This document shows, piece by piece, positions 18,906 through 28,351 of a stretch of 64,000 bases of DNA. Under the pieces are notes generated by a model. That model saw only the letters and a program-made list of their open reading frames with translations. It searched no databases and was not told the origin of the DNA. The translations under genes and the position numbers were made by a program. Each line of letters opens with the position of its first letter. Position 1 is the first letter of the stretch. Origin of the DNA: Candidatus Altimarinota bacterium. GTDB lineage: Bacteria > Patescibacteriota > Gracilibacteria > UBA1369. The stretch covers positions 896,001 to 960,000 of the forward strand of contig OY782391.1 of the NCBI GenBank assembly GCA_963677745.1, written 5' to 3'.

Positions 18906-19652
18906 GTGAACAACAAGTACAATCATTTCGTCTGGTTTTTCTGCCTGTTAACAGGCTGTCAGAGTGACGATGCCGCACTGTTCGGCGAAGGAGGAGCTCC
19001 CGCCGGCGGAAACGGCGGCGCTGGAGGTGAAACGGGCATCGCCGGACAGGGCGGCACCGCAGGAACGGCTGGAGCCGGTGGAATTGCCGGTTCGGATGCC
19101 GGCGGCGCTGATGCAGGTGCCGGAGGAACTGCCGGTAGCGGTGGAATCGCCGGCAACGGAGGAAATGGAGGCGCCGGCGGCGCTCTGCCTCTGGTCTGCA
19201 CTCCTGGTGCGGCCGACAACCCTGCCTCATGGTCGATCAACGGCGGGACCAAAGCATCGGTCTATCTGCGCTACGCAGACGGCACCGAGGGCTACAGCAC
19301 CGCCAACCCCAGTAACATCAACTTCCCGCTGGATTTCCCGGGACAACTGGTGGGGTCCACGGCCGACGGCATGACTATCAACCTGATCTACAACTCAGGC
19401 TCGGCGCCCGGCAACGACTTCTACCAGGTGACGACGGACAACGTACCGGAATGCGCCGGAACGAACTTCTACAGCCAGGCCTGCGACCAGAAGGTGGCCC
19501 AGGACTTTCGCTGCCTCTACTTTCCTGCAGAGGAAGCGGATTGCGGCAACGTCAAGGCGGCCTTCCTCTCGCTGGGGAAGCAGAAGTCGTACTCGGCGGC
19601 CTTCGCCGGCAACCGGAAAGTGCTGGTATCCGTCCGCTGTTCCTCGCCCTGA
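18906..19652 (+). CDS. Gly-rich putative lipoprotein, cassette 2
   Basis: GTG start after GGAAAGGA, LTGC lipobox, GGAGG/DAG repeats, VYLRYADG...ECAG...FRC domain shared with cassette 1. Confidence 0.85.
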   Translation: MNNKYNHFVWFFCLLTGCQSDDAALFGEGGAPAGGNGGAGGETGIAGQGGTAGTAGAGGIAGSDAGGADAGAGGTAGSGGIAGNGGNGGAGGALPLVCTPGAADNPASWSINGGTKASVYLRYADGTEGYSTANPSNINFPLDFPGQLVGSTADGMTINLIYNSGSAPGNDFYQVTTDNVPECAGTNFYSQACDQKVAQDFRCLYFPAEEADCGNVKAAFLSLGKQKSYSAAFAGNRKVLVSVRCSSP

Positions 19653-19724
19653 ACCGGTCCTGCCGCAACAGCATATTTCCCGCCGTCCCATGTCTCCCAC
19701 CGAACCCCGATTCCATCGGGAGCA

Positions 19725-19860
19725 GTCGAAGATCAATGGCATCTCGCCCAGGCTTGAGTCACCAGACAACCGCAAGGTAGTAGTGACGCAGGCCAAAGCG
19801 GAAAAAAAGGCCCCGCGTGATCGTCCTTCCGGACTTGATCGCGCGGGGCTCTTCGACGTG
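19725..19860 (+). ncRNA. Conserved structured 3' RNA element, copy 2
   Basis: Same helices and invariant CAACCGCAAGGTAGTAG and GGACTTGATCGCGCGGGGCTCTTCGACGTG blocks as copy 1. Confidence 0.75.
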
Positions 19861-20316
19861 CCTGCCCGGCTCCAGCCCCCGCCCGAGCCCTGCAAAGTAT
19901 TGCTGCATGCAAATCGCGCCAGAAAAAATTTAACTAAAATTAACCGAAACTTAATCCTGATTTGTCATGATTGCGTCAATTTATCATGTCATTTCCGCTG
20001 TATGCTGCCGCTTCTGACCTCTGTCCTGATCTGGCTGCTGTTTATGGCCGTTTCCGGCCATCCGCCGCTGTCGCCGGGTTGAACCATTCTGTCTGCCACT
20101 TTTGTGCCCGGGCCCAAATTTATCCCGAATTTATCTTCATTTCATGCCGGCCTGCCATAATCAGACCCGGTCAGCTGCCCTCACGGCCCGGGCCCGGCTC
20201 AATCTAAATGCCCTGGAATAGCTCCGCGCCCCGGGCAGCTGCTCAAAAGACAATTTTCTTGGTATACATTCCCCGGTTTGGCATCGGCGTTTTTTTGTAC
20301 TATATTCAGCTCAGTT

Positions 20317-21078
20317 ATGAATACCAAACAAAATCTGGAAATTGTGACCCAGCTGGTGCGCGGGGAGTTCAAACTCCGCTATAAATCCTCTTTGCTCGGC
20401 TACTTTTGGACCCTCTTCAAACCACTGATGTTGTTTGGGGTGATTTATCTGGTTTTTTCGGTTTTCCTGAAAAGTCCCATGGAAAATTATTCGGTTTATC
20501 TGCTGCTGGGTATCATCCTCTGGACCTTTTTCACCGAGGCCACCATGACCGGAATGAACAGCCTGATCAGCAAACGCGACCTGATCACCAAAATCTTTTT
20601 CCCGCGCGAAAACCTGGTATTTTCCGCCACTCTTTCCAGTCTGATCACTCTGCTTCTGAATCTGGTTATCTTTGCGGTTTTCTTTTTCGGCGCCGGCCTG
20701 CATCCGGGCTGGAGCGCCCTGCTTTTTCTGCCTTATCTGGTTTTGCTGTTTCTCTTCACCACCGGCATCTCTTTGATTTTGGCCAGTCTTTATGCCCGTT
20801 TTCATGATCTCTCCCATATCTGGGAAGTGATCCTGCAGATCCTGTTCTGGATCACGCCTATCGTCTATGATCTGTCTTTTGTGCCGGAGCAGTATCGCAC
20901 CTGGCTTTACCTCAATCCCATGACCCAGTTTATCTCCTTTTCCCGCCGGATTTTTTTGATTGACCAGGTGCCTTCCCTCAAACAGCACGCTGTGCTTTTG
21001 CTCACCAGTCTGCTGGTATTCGGTATCGGTTACTGGTTTTTTAAAAAACAGGAATACAAAGTAGCGGAAATGATCTAA
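20317..21078 (+). CDS. wzm: ABC-2 polysaccharide export permease
   Basis: FKLRYKSSLLGYFWTLFKP, FWITPIVY and LNPM motifs; 6 TM segments. Confidence 0.92.
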   Translation: MNTKQNLEIVTQLVRGEFKLRYKSSLLGYFWTLFKPLMLFGVIYLVFSVFLKSPMENYSVYLLLGIILWTFFTEATMTGMNSLISKRDLITKIFFPRENLVFSATLSSLITLLLNLVIFAVFFFGAGLHPGWSALLFLPYLVLLFLFTTGISLILASLYARFHDLSHIWEVILQILFWITPIVYDLSFVPEQYRTWLYLNPMTQFISFSRRIFLIDQVPSLKQHAVLLLTSLLVFGIGYWFFKKQEYKVAEMI

Positions 21079-21083
21079 CCTCA

Positions 21084-21830
21084 ATGACCCACCAAATTAC
21101 CCTCCAAAATCTGTCCAAAAGCTTCCAGGTGCCGCATCAGCGCCGCACTACCCTCAAGGACAGTTTTGTCGATTTTCTGGCGGTGGGGCTGTGGCGGCGG
21201 CCCGTCAATGAGAAGTTTTTTGCTCTGCAGGAAATCAATCTGCAGGTTAGTCCGGGAGAATTTGTCGGCATTATCGGGGCCAACGGCTCGGGCAAATCCA
21301 CTTTGCTTAAAATACTGGCCGGCATTTACCGGCCGGATCACGGTCAGCACGAAGTCCATGGAACCATCGCTCCGCTGCTGGAACTGGGGATCGGTTTTCA
21401 GCAGGATCTGTCCGCCCGCGACAATATTTTCATCAATGCCGCTCTGCTCGGACTTTCCGCCCGGCAGACACATCAGCTGCTTCCGGAAATAGTGGAATTT
21501 GCCGAAATCGGACATTTTTTGGATCTGAAAATTAAAAATTATTCATCCGGTATGCGCCAGCGATTGGCTTTTGCCATCGCCGCTCACATCAATGCCGACA
21601 TCTACCTTTGTGATGAAGTCTTTGCGGTGGGAGACGAAAATTTCCAGGCCAAATGTCTGCGCGTTTTTCAACTGTGGCGCGAAGCCGGCAAAACCATACT
21701 GCTGGTTTCCCACAACACCACTCAAATTGCCACCATCTGCGACCGGGCCATCCTGCTGAAGGAAGGACGGATTGTGGCTGACGGCGGCGCACCGGAAGTG
21801 GTAGCCTGCTACCAGCAAAATATTTTATAA
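21084..21830 (+). CDS. wzt: Polysaccharide export ATP-binding protein (no C-terminal CBM)
   Basis: GANGSGKST, YSSGMRQRLAF, DEVFAVGD; 248 aa. Confidence 0.93.
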   Translation: MTHQITLQNLSKSFQVPHQRRTTLKDSFVDFLAVGLWRRPVNEKFFALQEINLQVSPGEFVGIIGANGSGKSTLLKILAGIYRPDHGQHEVHGTIAPLLELGIGFQQDLSARDNIFINAALLGLSARQTHQLLPEIVEFAEIGHFLDLKIKNYSSGMRQRLAFAIAAHINADIYLCDEVFAVGDENFQAKCLRVFQLWREAGKTILLVSHNTTQIATICDRAILLKEGRIVADGGAPEVVACYQQNIL

Positions 21831-21990
21831 AATTTCCATTCCCGCCACCCCGACACCAGATAAATGAGTAGCCGTATTTTCGCGTTGGTAAGCAAGGATT
21901 TTACCTTTCCCGATCAATAAATTAGTGATAAATAATAAGCCTGAGTTGACTAATCAAAGGATTACCATCTGAATAGCCGGAAAGCTGCGC

Positions 21991-24900
21991 ATGATCAAAC
22001 AATCCAGAAAAATCCGTTTGCCCGCCGATCTGTATTCCCGCAATACGCTTTTTGGGCTGCTCACTGAATACATCCTCAAAGAAAGAAAACCGGAGGACAG
22101 CCGTCATAGTCTGGAAATTTTGGATGTGGGGGGGTATGAGGGCAAATTGGCCTGGTTTATGCCGCAACATACCCGCCTGACCATTCTGGACCGGAAGCCC
22201 TCGCCGCCGGACGGCAAAACCAGTTATATTCAGGGACAGGCGCAGCATCTGCCTTTTGCCGACAAAAGCTTTGATCTGGTGATCAGTTCGGACATGCTGG
22301 AACACCTGTCGCCGGAAGACCGGATGACGGCTGTCCGGGAAATGTTCAGGGTATCCAGGCGCCATGTGATTTTGGCCGCTCCCTTCAATACAATTTACAA
22401 TCAAAAAGCCGAGGAATATATAAATAAACAATTCCTGGACCACACCGGCCAGAATCATCCATTCCTGATCGAACACATTCAGAACGGATTGCCGGAACTG
22501 GAGGACTTGGAGCAGTATCTGGCCGAAAAAGCCTTTTCCTACATCAAGCTGGGGGAAGGGAATATCTACAATTGGTATCTGCAGCAGCTAACCACCGGGT
22601 CCAAACTCAACCAGCCCGAAACTCCCGGTCAGCCGCAGAGTTTCAATGATTTCTTTAATGAAAATCTGGATAAATTGGGGAATTTCCGCGCGCCGACCTA
22701 CCGCACGGTGCTCTTCTGCGATCAGCAGGAAGCCGTCGGTCGGCGCGCGCTGTTGGAACTGGTGGAAAACCACAATAATTTCCACACCACTACCTACCTG
22801 GAAGCCTATAAAAAAGCTTTTGACGAAATGCACTGGCTGCTCCGGCTGAAAGAACAGGAAATTATCAACAAAGAAGGCCGCAATCTGGAGATTTACCAGA
22901 AAATCAGCGATCTGGAAGAGCGTCTGGAAAACGAATGGGAACTTTCCAAACAGAAGGAAAGTAAAATCAAACTGCTCAATTCCCAGCTGAGCGAAGCTCA
23001 GTTGATTCTGCAGGAAAAGGATCAGCAGAATTTGAAACTCGGTGAACAACTTCAGGAGCAGCAGCAGCAACAGTCCGTGTTGCTCGGGCAGATCCAGGAA
23101 CATGCCCGCCAACTGGCCCTCTATGACACCCAGGTTCGCTCCCAGGATTTGCTTCTGGAAAGGCTTAAACAGGAGTTGGACAGCAGCCAGAAAAATGAGC
23201 AGGAATTGACCAATCTGATCGTACTGAAAGAACAATCCATCCATGAGAAAAATGAGGAACTAGACCGGAACAATTTGCAGGTTATCAATCTTCAAACCTC
23301 ACTGAACGAGTATAAGCGTGAGTTGGAAACCGTGCTGATGTCGCGTTCCTGGAAGCTGGTGCGGATTTACGGTACAATCAAAAACCTTATTTACGTCCGT
23401 CCCAAAAACCTTCTGCAAACTTCCTGGCAGGTTCTGCGTAAAATGGGTCCACGTGAATTTATTCGCCGCGCCCGCAGAAAAATTTTTAAATCAAAGCAGA
23501 CCGCTCTGCCGGCCTCCTCCGATTATCAGAGATATCTGGATGAAACAATTCTCTCCGGTTCCGACCAGAAAAAGATCCGGGAGGAAATCTCCGGTTTTGA
23601 ATACAAACCGCTGATTTCCATACTGGTACCGGTTTACAATGTGCCGGAAGTGTGGCTCAGGAAAGCCATAAAATCCGTGCAGGCCCAGCTGTATCCCAAA
23701 TGGGAATTGTGTCTGGTCGATGACGCTTCCACCGAACCGCATATCCGCACTGTTATGCAGGAGTTCGCCCATCAGGATAGCCGCGTCCGCGTCCATTTTC
23801 GTCCCCATAATGGCGGTATCGTCAAGGCTTCCAATGCCTGTTTGAAAATGGCCAGAGGTGCTTATGTGGGTCTTTTGGACAATGATGACGAACTGGCTCC
23901 GGAAGCTCTATATGAAGTTGTGAAAGCCCTGCAGGGCGCCCGCTACGATCTGATTTATTCCGACGAGGACAAACTGGAGATGGACGGCAGCCGGACGGAG
24001 CCGTTTTTCAAGCCGGATTTTGATCAGGATTTATTGTTTTCCAATAATTATGTCTGCCATTTCAGCGTTTTGCGGCGGAAAATCATGGAGGAAGTCGGGG
24101 GCTTCCGGGAGGGCACGGACGGGTCACAGGATTATGACCTGGTACTCCGTTTTACCGATAAAAAACGCCAGGTTCGCCATATCCCCAAAATACTTTATCA
24201 CTGGCGGAAGATACCGGGTTCCACCGCCGCCGAAGTCAATGCCAAGCCCTATGCCTATGAAGCGGCCAAAAAAGCCCTTCGGGACGCTCTGGTGCGCCGA
24301 AATATCAAGGGCGAGGTCACCGACGGTCTTTGGACCGGTTCCTACCGCCTGCGCCGGGAAATTCAGGGCGAGCCGCTGATCTCCATCATCATTCCTTTCC
24401 GGGATCAGGTAGAGGTATTAAAAAAATGTCTGGAAAGTGTTTTTGCCAAAACCACCTGGCAGAATTATGAGATTTTATTGGTCAATAATTCTTCCGAATT
24501 GTTGCAGACGCGTGAATACATGCGCGAAATCGAACATTGCCCGCGGGTCAGGCTGCTTCATTACAATGCCCCTTTCAACTATTCGGCCATCAACAATTTT
24601 GCCAGTCTCAAGGCCGCCGGGGAGTATCTGGTGCTTCTCAATAACGATACCGAGGTGATCGAACCCGACTGGTTGCAGAGTATGCTGGAACACGCCCAGC
24701 GGCCCGAAGTCGGTGCAGTGGGGGTCAAATTGATTTATCCGGACGAAACAATCCAGCACGCCGGCGTGGTGATCGGTATCGGGGGGGCGGCCAACCACGC
24801 TTTTGCTCATACTCACCGCGATCAGCACGGTTACTTCGGCCAGCTCAAAGTGGTACGCAGTTACAGCGCCGTTACGGGAGCCTGTATGATGGTCCGCAAA

Positions 24901-25200
24901 ACCGTTTTTGACGAGCTGGACGGCCTGGATGAGGAAAATCTGGCGGTTTCCTTCAACGACGTGGATTTCTGCCTGAGACTGCGGGAAAAGGGCTACCTGG
25001 TAATCTATACGCCTTTTGCCATGCTCTATCATCATGAATCACTGTCCCGCGGCTACAATGTCAGTTTCAATGAAGAATACTTTCTGCGCCGCCGTCACCA
25101 GGGAATTTTTGAAAAAGGTGACCCCTGTTACAATCCCAATTTATCGCGTGAAAGGCTGGACTTTAGTCTGAAAGTATTGGATAAGATAAAGGATGAATAA
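21991..25200 (+). CDS. Methyltransferase + coiled coil + two GT2 domains (WsaE-like glycan polymerase/terminator)
   Basis: ILDVGG..HLPFADKSFDLV..LEHL (SAM-MTase), long Q/E/L coiled coil, SRSWK motif, then two GT2 domains (LLDNDD, YSDEDK, SQDYDL; LLNND, FNDVDFCLRL). Confidence 0.9.
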   Translation: MIKQSRKIRLPADLYSRNTLFGLLTEYILKERKPEDSRHSLEILDVGGYEGKLAWFMPQHTRLTILDRKPSPPDGKTSYIQGQAQHLPFADKSFDLVISSDMLEHLSPEDRMTAVREMFRVSRRHVILAAPFNTIYNQKAEEYINKQFLDHTGQNHPFLIEHIQNGLPELEDLEQYLAEKAFSYIKLGEGNIYNWYLQQLTTGSKLNQPETPGQPQSFNDFFNENLDKLGNFRAPTYRTVLFCDQQEAVGRRALLELVENHNNFHTTTYLEAYKKAFDEMHWLLRLKEQEIINKEGRNLEIYQKISDLEERLENEWELSKQKESKIKLLNSQLSEAQLILQEKDQQNLKLGEQLQEQQQQQSVLLGQIQEHARQLALYDTQVRSQDLLLERLKQELDSSQKNEQELTNLIVLKEQSIHEKNEELDRNNLQVINLQTSLNEYKRELETVLMSRSWKLVRIYGTIKNLIYVRPKNLLQTSWQVLRKMGPREFIRRARRKIFKSKQTALPASSDYQRYLDETILSGSDQKKIREEISGFEYKPLISILVPVYNVPEVWLRKAIKSVQAQLYPKWELCLVDDASTEPHIRTVMQEFAHQDSRVRVHFRPHNGGIVKASNACLKMARGAYVGLLDNDDELAPEALYEVVKALQGARYDLIYSDEDKLEMDGSRTEPFFKPDFDQDLLFSNNYVCHFSVLRRKIMEEVGGFREGTDGSQDYDLVLRFTDKKRQVRHIPKILYHWRKIPGSTAAEVNAKPYAYEAAKKALRDALVRRNIKGEVTDGLWTGSYRLRREIQGEPLISIIIPFRDQVEVLKKCLESVFAKTTWQNYEILLVNNSSELLQTREYMREIEHCPRVRLLHYNAPFNYSAINNFASLKAAGEYLVLLNNDTEVIEPDWLQSMLEHAQRPEVGAVGVKLIYPDETIQHAGVVIGIGGAANHAFAHTHRDQHGYFGQLKVVRSYSAVTGACMMVRKTVFDELDGLDEENLAVSFNDVDFCLRLREKGYLVIYTPFAMLYHHESLSRGYNVSFNEEYFLRRRHQGIFEKGDPCYNPNLSRERLDFSLKVLDKIKDE

Positions 25201-26227
25201 GCTTTCCCAACCTGTCGTTTCAGTGATTATTCCGGTTTATAACGGGATGAAATTCCTGCCCGAATGTCTGCCCAGTGTATTGGCTTTGGATTATCCGAAC
25301 CGGGAAATAATTGTTATTGATGATCATTCCGCCGACGGAACTTTTGAATACCTCAAAAAGCATTATCCCGATCTGACGGTGATCCGTCATGAAAAAAATC
25401 TGGGACTGGTGCGCGGTTTCAATGAAGGGTTCCGGATGGCCGGAGGAAAATACGTCTTTTATGTAAATCAGGACACTGTTTTTAGCCCTGACTACCTGAA
25501 AATATGCGTCCGAAAAATGGAAGAAGATTCGGGGGTGGCGGCCATTGCCGGAAAAATTTTAAAATATGATTTCGACGCGCACCGGCGCACCGGGATAATT
25601 GATTCGACGGGCTTGCAGATGCTTAAAAACCGCCGTGTATTGGACCACGGACAGGGGGAAGAGGACCGGGGACAACACCAAAAGGCCGGCCGCGTTTTCG
25701 GCATAACCGGCTGCTGCCCGCTCTACCGCCGCTCTGCCCTGGCCGAAATCGCCATTCCGCTGCCCGGCCGGCCCCATCCCGAACTGTTTGATGAGGATTT
25801 TTATATGTACAAAGAGGAAGTAGACCTGGCCTGGCGCCTGCGGCTTTTCGGCTGGCAGGCCTGGTACGAACCCGCGGCGGTGGCTTGGCACGGCCGCGCC
25901 ACCGCCGCCGTCAAACGCCCGGGTTATCTGGGTATTCTCCGCAACCGCGGCCGGCTTTCCGCTTTCCAGAAATATTATTCGATCAAGAACCGTTATCTGA
26001 TGCAGCTGAAAAACGAGTTGCCGGCTCTCTACTTTCGTCACTTTCCGCGTATTTTCTGGAACGATTTGCTTTATTTTATGTATAATTTGTTTTTTAATAT
26101 AAAAAACATCAAAGCCTACTTTGCCGCTCTGGCACAATTTCCCCAAATGCTGGTCAAAAGGCGCTGGATAATGAAACACCGCCGGGCCTGCAGCAGCGAA
26201 ATGCAGCAGTGGTTTAAAACCAAATAG
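25193..26227 (+). CDS. GT2 family glycosyltransferase
   Basis: SVIIPVYN, IDDHSADGT, NQD, FDEDFYMYKEEVDLAWR. Confidence 0.9.
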   Translation: MNKLSQPVVSVIIPVYNGMKFLPECLPSVLALDYPNREIIVIDDHSADGTFEYLKKHYPDLTVIRHEKNLGLVRGFNEGFRMAGGKYVFYVNQDTVFSPDYLKICVRKMEEDSGVAAIAGKILKYDFDAHRRTGIIDSTGLQMLKNRRVLDHGQGEEDRGQHQKAGRVFGITGCCPLYRRSALAEIAIPLPGRPHPELFDEDFYMYKEEVDLAWRLRLFGWQAWYEPAAVAWHGRATAAVKRPGYLGILRNRGRLSAFQKYYSIKNRYLMQLKNELPALYFRHFPRIFWNDLLYFMYNLFFNIKNIKAYFAALAQFPQMLVKRRWIMKHRRACSSEMQQWFKTK

Positions 26228-26229
26228 TC

Positions 26230-28335
26230 ATGATCAAAAAAACAAACGGCAGCGACATGGTCCGACCGGCAAAAAAAAACGGTAACCACAGTCTCAAATC
26301 GGCCAAATCAAATCACAATGCCTGCAACTTCAAAGTTTGTGATGAGGATATCGTGAAGCAGGGGTTGTTGGACCGGTTTATTGAATGGCATATTTATCTG
26401 CTGATTGTGCTCATTCCCCTGGCCTTCTGGCTGGATACGCAGACCATCTTTACTCTGCCCAAACTGCTGATTCTCCGCACCGTCAGCCTTTCCGCCGCCG
26501 TTTTCATCCTGATGAAATTTTTCCGTGACCGCGAGGTCAAACTGGTTTTTCCGGGGCGCAGCCTCTTTCTTGGTTTCTGGCTGATCAGCCTGATTCTCAG
26601 TACTATATTTTCAATCAATCCGCTGACCAGTGTTTTCGGACAATACGGTCGTTACATCGGAATAATCACCTGTATCAATCTGTTTTTGATTCCCATTTAT
26701 CTTGCCACGTTTTTCCCCAAAGAAAAATTAAAAAAACTGCTCGGTCTTTCAGTAATAACCGCGGTCCTGGTCGGAATCTACGGACTTCTGCAATATGCCG
26801 ATTTCTTTGGTTTGTGGAAGCCTCCTTTTGAGTGGACCGATTCCCCCCAGAACCGCGTTTTTGCCACCATGGGACATGCCAATCATCTGGCCGCTTATCT
26901 GGCCTCACATTTTCTGATGCTGTCTTATTGCCTCTGTCTGCCGGAAAAAAAGCATGAAATCTGGCTTTTCCTGGGAAAATTACTAGGCATGGTCATTTTG
27001 GTGTGGGTGCTGATTCTGACAGCCAGCCGCGGCGCCATCCTGGCTCTCGTCGGCGCCACACTGCTGCTTATTCTGCTGCGCACCTGGAAATACCGGGCCA
27101 CCATGCGCAATCATATTAAAAGAATTGCGCTGATTACCGTAATCCTGGCGGCTATCGGTGGCACCTCTTATCTGATCTTTGCCGAGAAACTACAGGACTT
27201 GTCGCTTATTAAACGGACGGAGCAGACTATCACCTCCATTCAAAAAGGAGTTGTGCCCGAACGCATCAGTTTCGTTTACAGTTCCTGGTCCATGTTTCTT
27301 GATCATCCGCTGCTGGGTACGGGTTTGTCGACCTTCCGGGACGCTTATTCCACCTACCGACGCTCCGATTACTACATCGACGGGCCGGGTAATGCCCAGT
27401 ACATCACCATTCCCGAGTCGGCCCATGACGAATACGTAAATATACTTGCCACATTGGGACTGTTCGGGAGTATCTGTTATCTGGGAGTATTGATTGCCCT
27501 GTACAGTCTTTTGATCAAACAATACCTGAATGCCAAAACCGAACATGAGAATTATCATCTGGCGGTTTTGGGAGGTGTCCTGATTTTTTCCCTGCAGACC
27601 ATTTTCAATTTCGGTGAAATTGTGAACTGGTTTCTCTTTGCTTTATTTACGGGGGTGGCCTTCATGGAGGACACGCGCTTCTATAAATTGCAGTTTCGCC
27701 TGTCCAATTACGTTGCCTATCCTCTGACCATAATTCTGCTTTTCGGAATTATCTGGGGATTTAAATTCGGGGTTTTGTCGGAGGGGATTGCCGATTATTA
27801 TTACCGGCAGGCCAATCTGGCCAATGCACGCCAGCAGTATCAGTTGGCTGACAATTATTTTCAGGTTGCCACCTCGTCCAAACCGCTGGAATATCAGCTG
27901 TGGCAGTCCTATGGAGATTTTTCCATCAATGCTGCCGTAGCCGTGGCCAAAACCAGCGTTGATAATTACAAGTCCACCACTGAATACCTCAAACAGGCGG
28001 TTAATTCATATCAGGAAGCGATCCGGCTCAATCCCCATTATCCCAGCACTTACCACAATCTGGCCCTGGCCTATTTGCAGTTAAACCGCATTACGGGAAA
28101 AGGTGAGTATAAAACCGAAAGCTGGAAGAATTTCCAGTTATCGGTAAAGAAATCGCCCAACAATCCCCGTTATCTGTATGAATTTGCCCGTAAACTGCAC
28201 ACCGAATGGAACGATCGTCAGGGAGCAGTCCGCTTGCTGCGGCAGGCCCTGGACATTGCTCCGGGCTATCCGGAACCCCAGGATTATCTGGACTTCCTTT
28301 ATAAATACCATCCGGAATTGATGAACGTCAGATAA
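26230..28335 (+). CDS. O-antigen ligase/oligosaccharyltransferase-like membrane protein with C-terminal TPRs
   Basis: Many TMs, RVFATMGHANHLAAYL, TASRGA, HPLLGTG, AHDEY; C-terminal TPR-like repeats. Confidence 0.85.
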   Translation: MIKKTNGSDMVRPAKKNGNHSLKSAKSNHNACNFKVCDEDIVKQGLLDRFIEWHIYLLIVLIPLAFWLDTQTIFTLPKLLILRTVSLSAAVFILMKFFRDREVKLVFPGRSLFLGFWLISLILSTIFSINPLTSVFGQYGRYIGIITCINLFLIPIYLATFFPKEKLKKLLGLSVITAVLVGIYGLLQYADFFGLWKPPFEWTDSPQNRVFATMGHANHLAAYLASHFLMLSYCLCLPEKKHEIWLFLGKLLGMVILVWVLILTASRGAILALVGATLLLILLRTWKYRATMRNHIKRIALITVILAAIGGTSYLIFAEKLQDLSLIKRTEQTITSIQKGVVPERISFVYSSWSMFLDHPLLGTGLSTFRDAYSTYRRSDYYIDGPGNAQYITIPESAHDEYVNILATLGLFGSICYLGVLIALYSLLIKQYLNAKTEHENYHLAVLGGVLIFSLQTIFNFGEIVNWFLFALFTGVAFMEDTRFYKLQFRLSNYVAYPLTIILLFGIIWGFKFGVLSEGIADYYYRQANLANARQQYQLADNYFQVATSSKPLEYQLWQSYGDFSINAAVAVAKTSVDNYKSTTEYLKQAVNSYQEAIRLNPHYPSTYHNLALAYLQLNRITGKGEYKTESWKNFQLSVKKSPNNPRYLYEFARKLHTEWNDRQGAVRLLRQALDIAPGYPEPQDYLDFLYKYHPELMNVR

Positions 28336-28351
28336 ACCGGTTAGGGAGTTT

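Noticed and set aside
18647-19860. Integron attC sites, CRISPR repeats or retron msr-msd
   Set aside because: No RYYYAAC/GTTRRRY core pair bounding the element, no regular repeat-spacer array, and no integrase, cas or RT gene in the window.
17626-19895. Minus-strand and alternate-frame ORFs over the Gly-rich cassettes
   Set aside because: Expected by-products of GC-rich GGN repeats; the plus-strand frames have signals, SDs and mutual homology.
19971-20207. Small ORFs between cassette 2 and wzm
   Set aside because: Several short overlapping frames, none with supporting motifs; cannot choose one.
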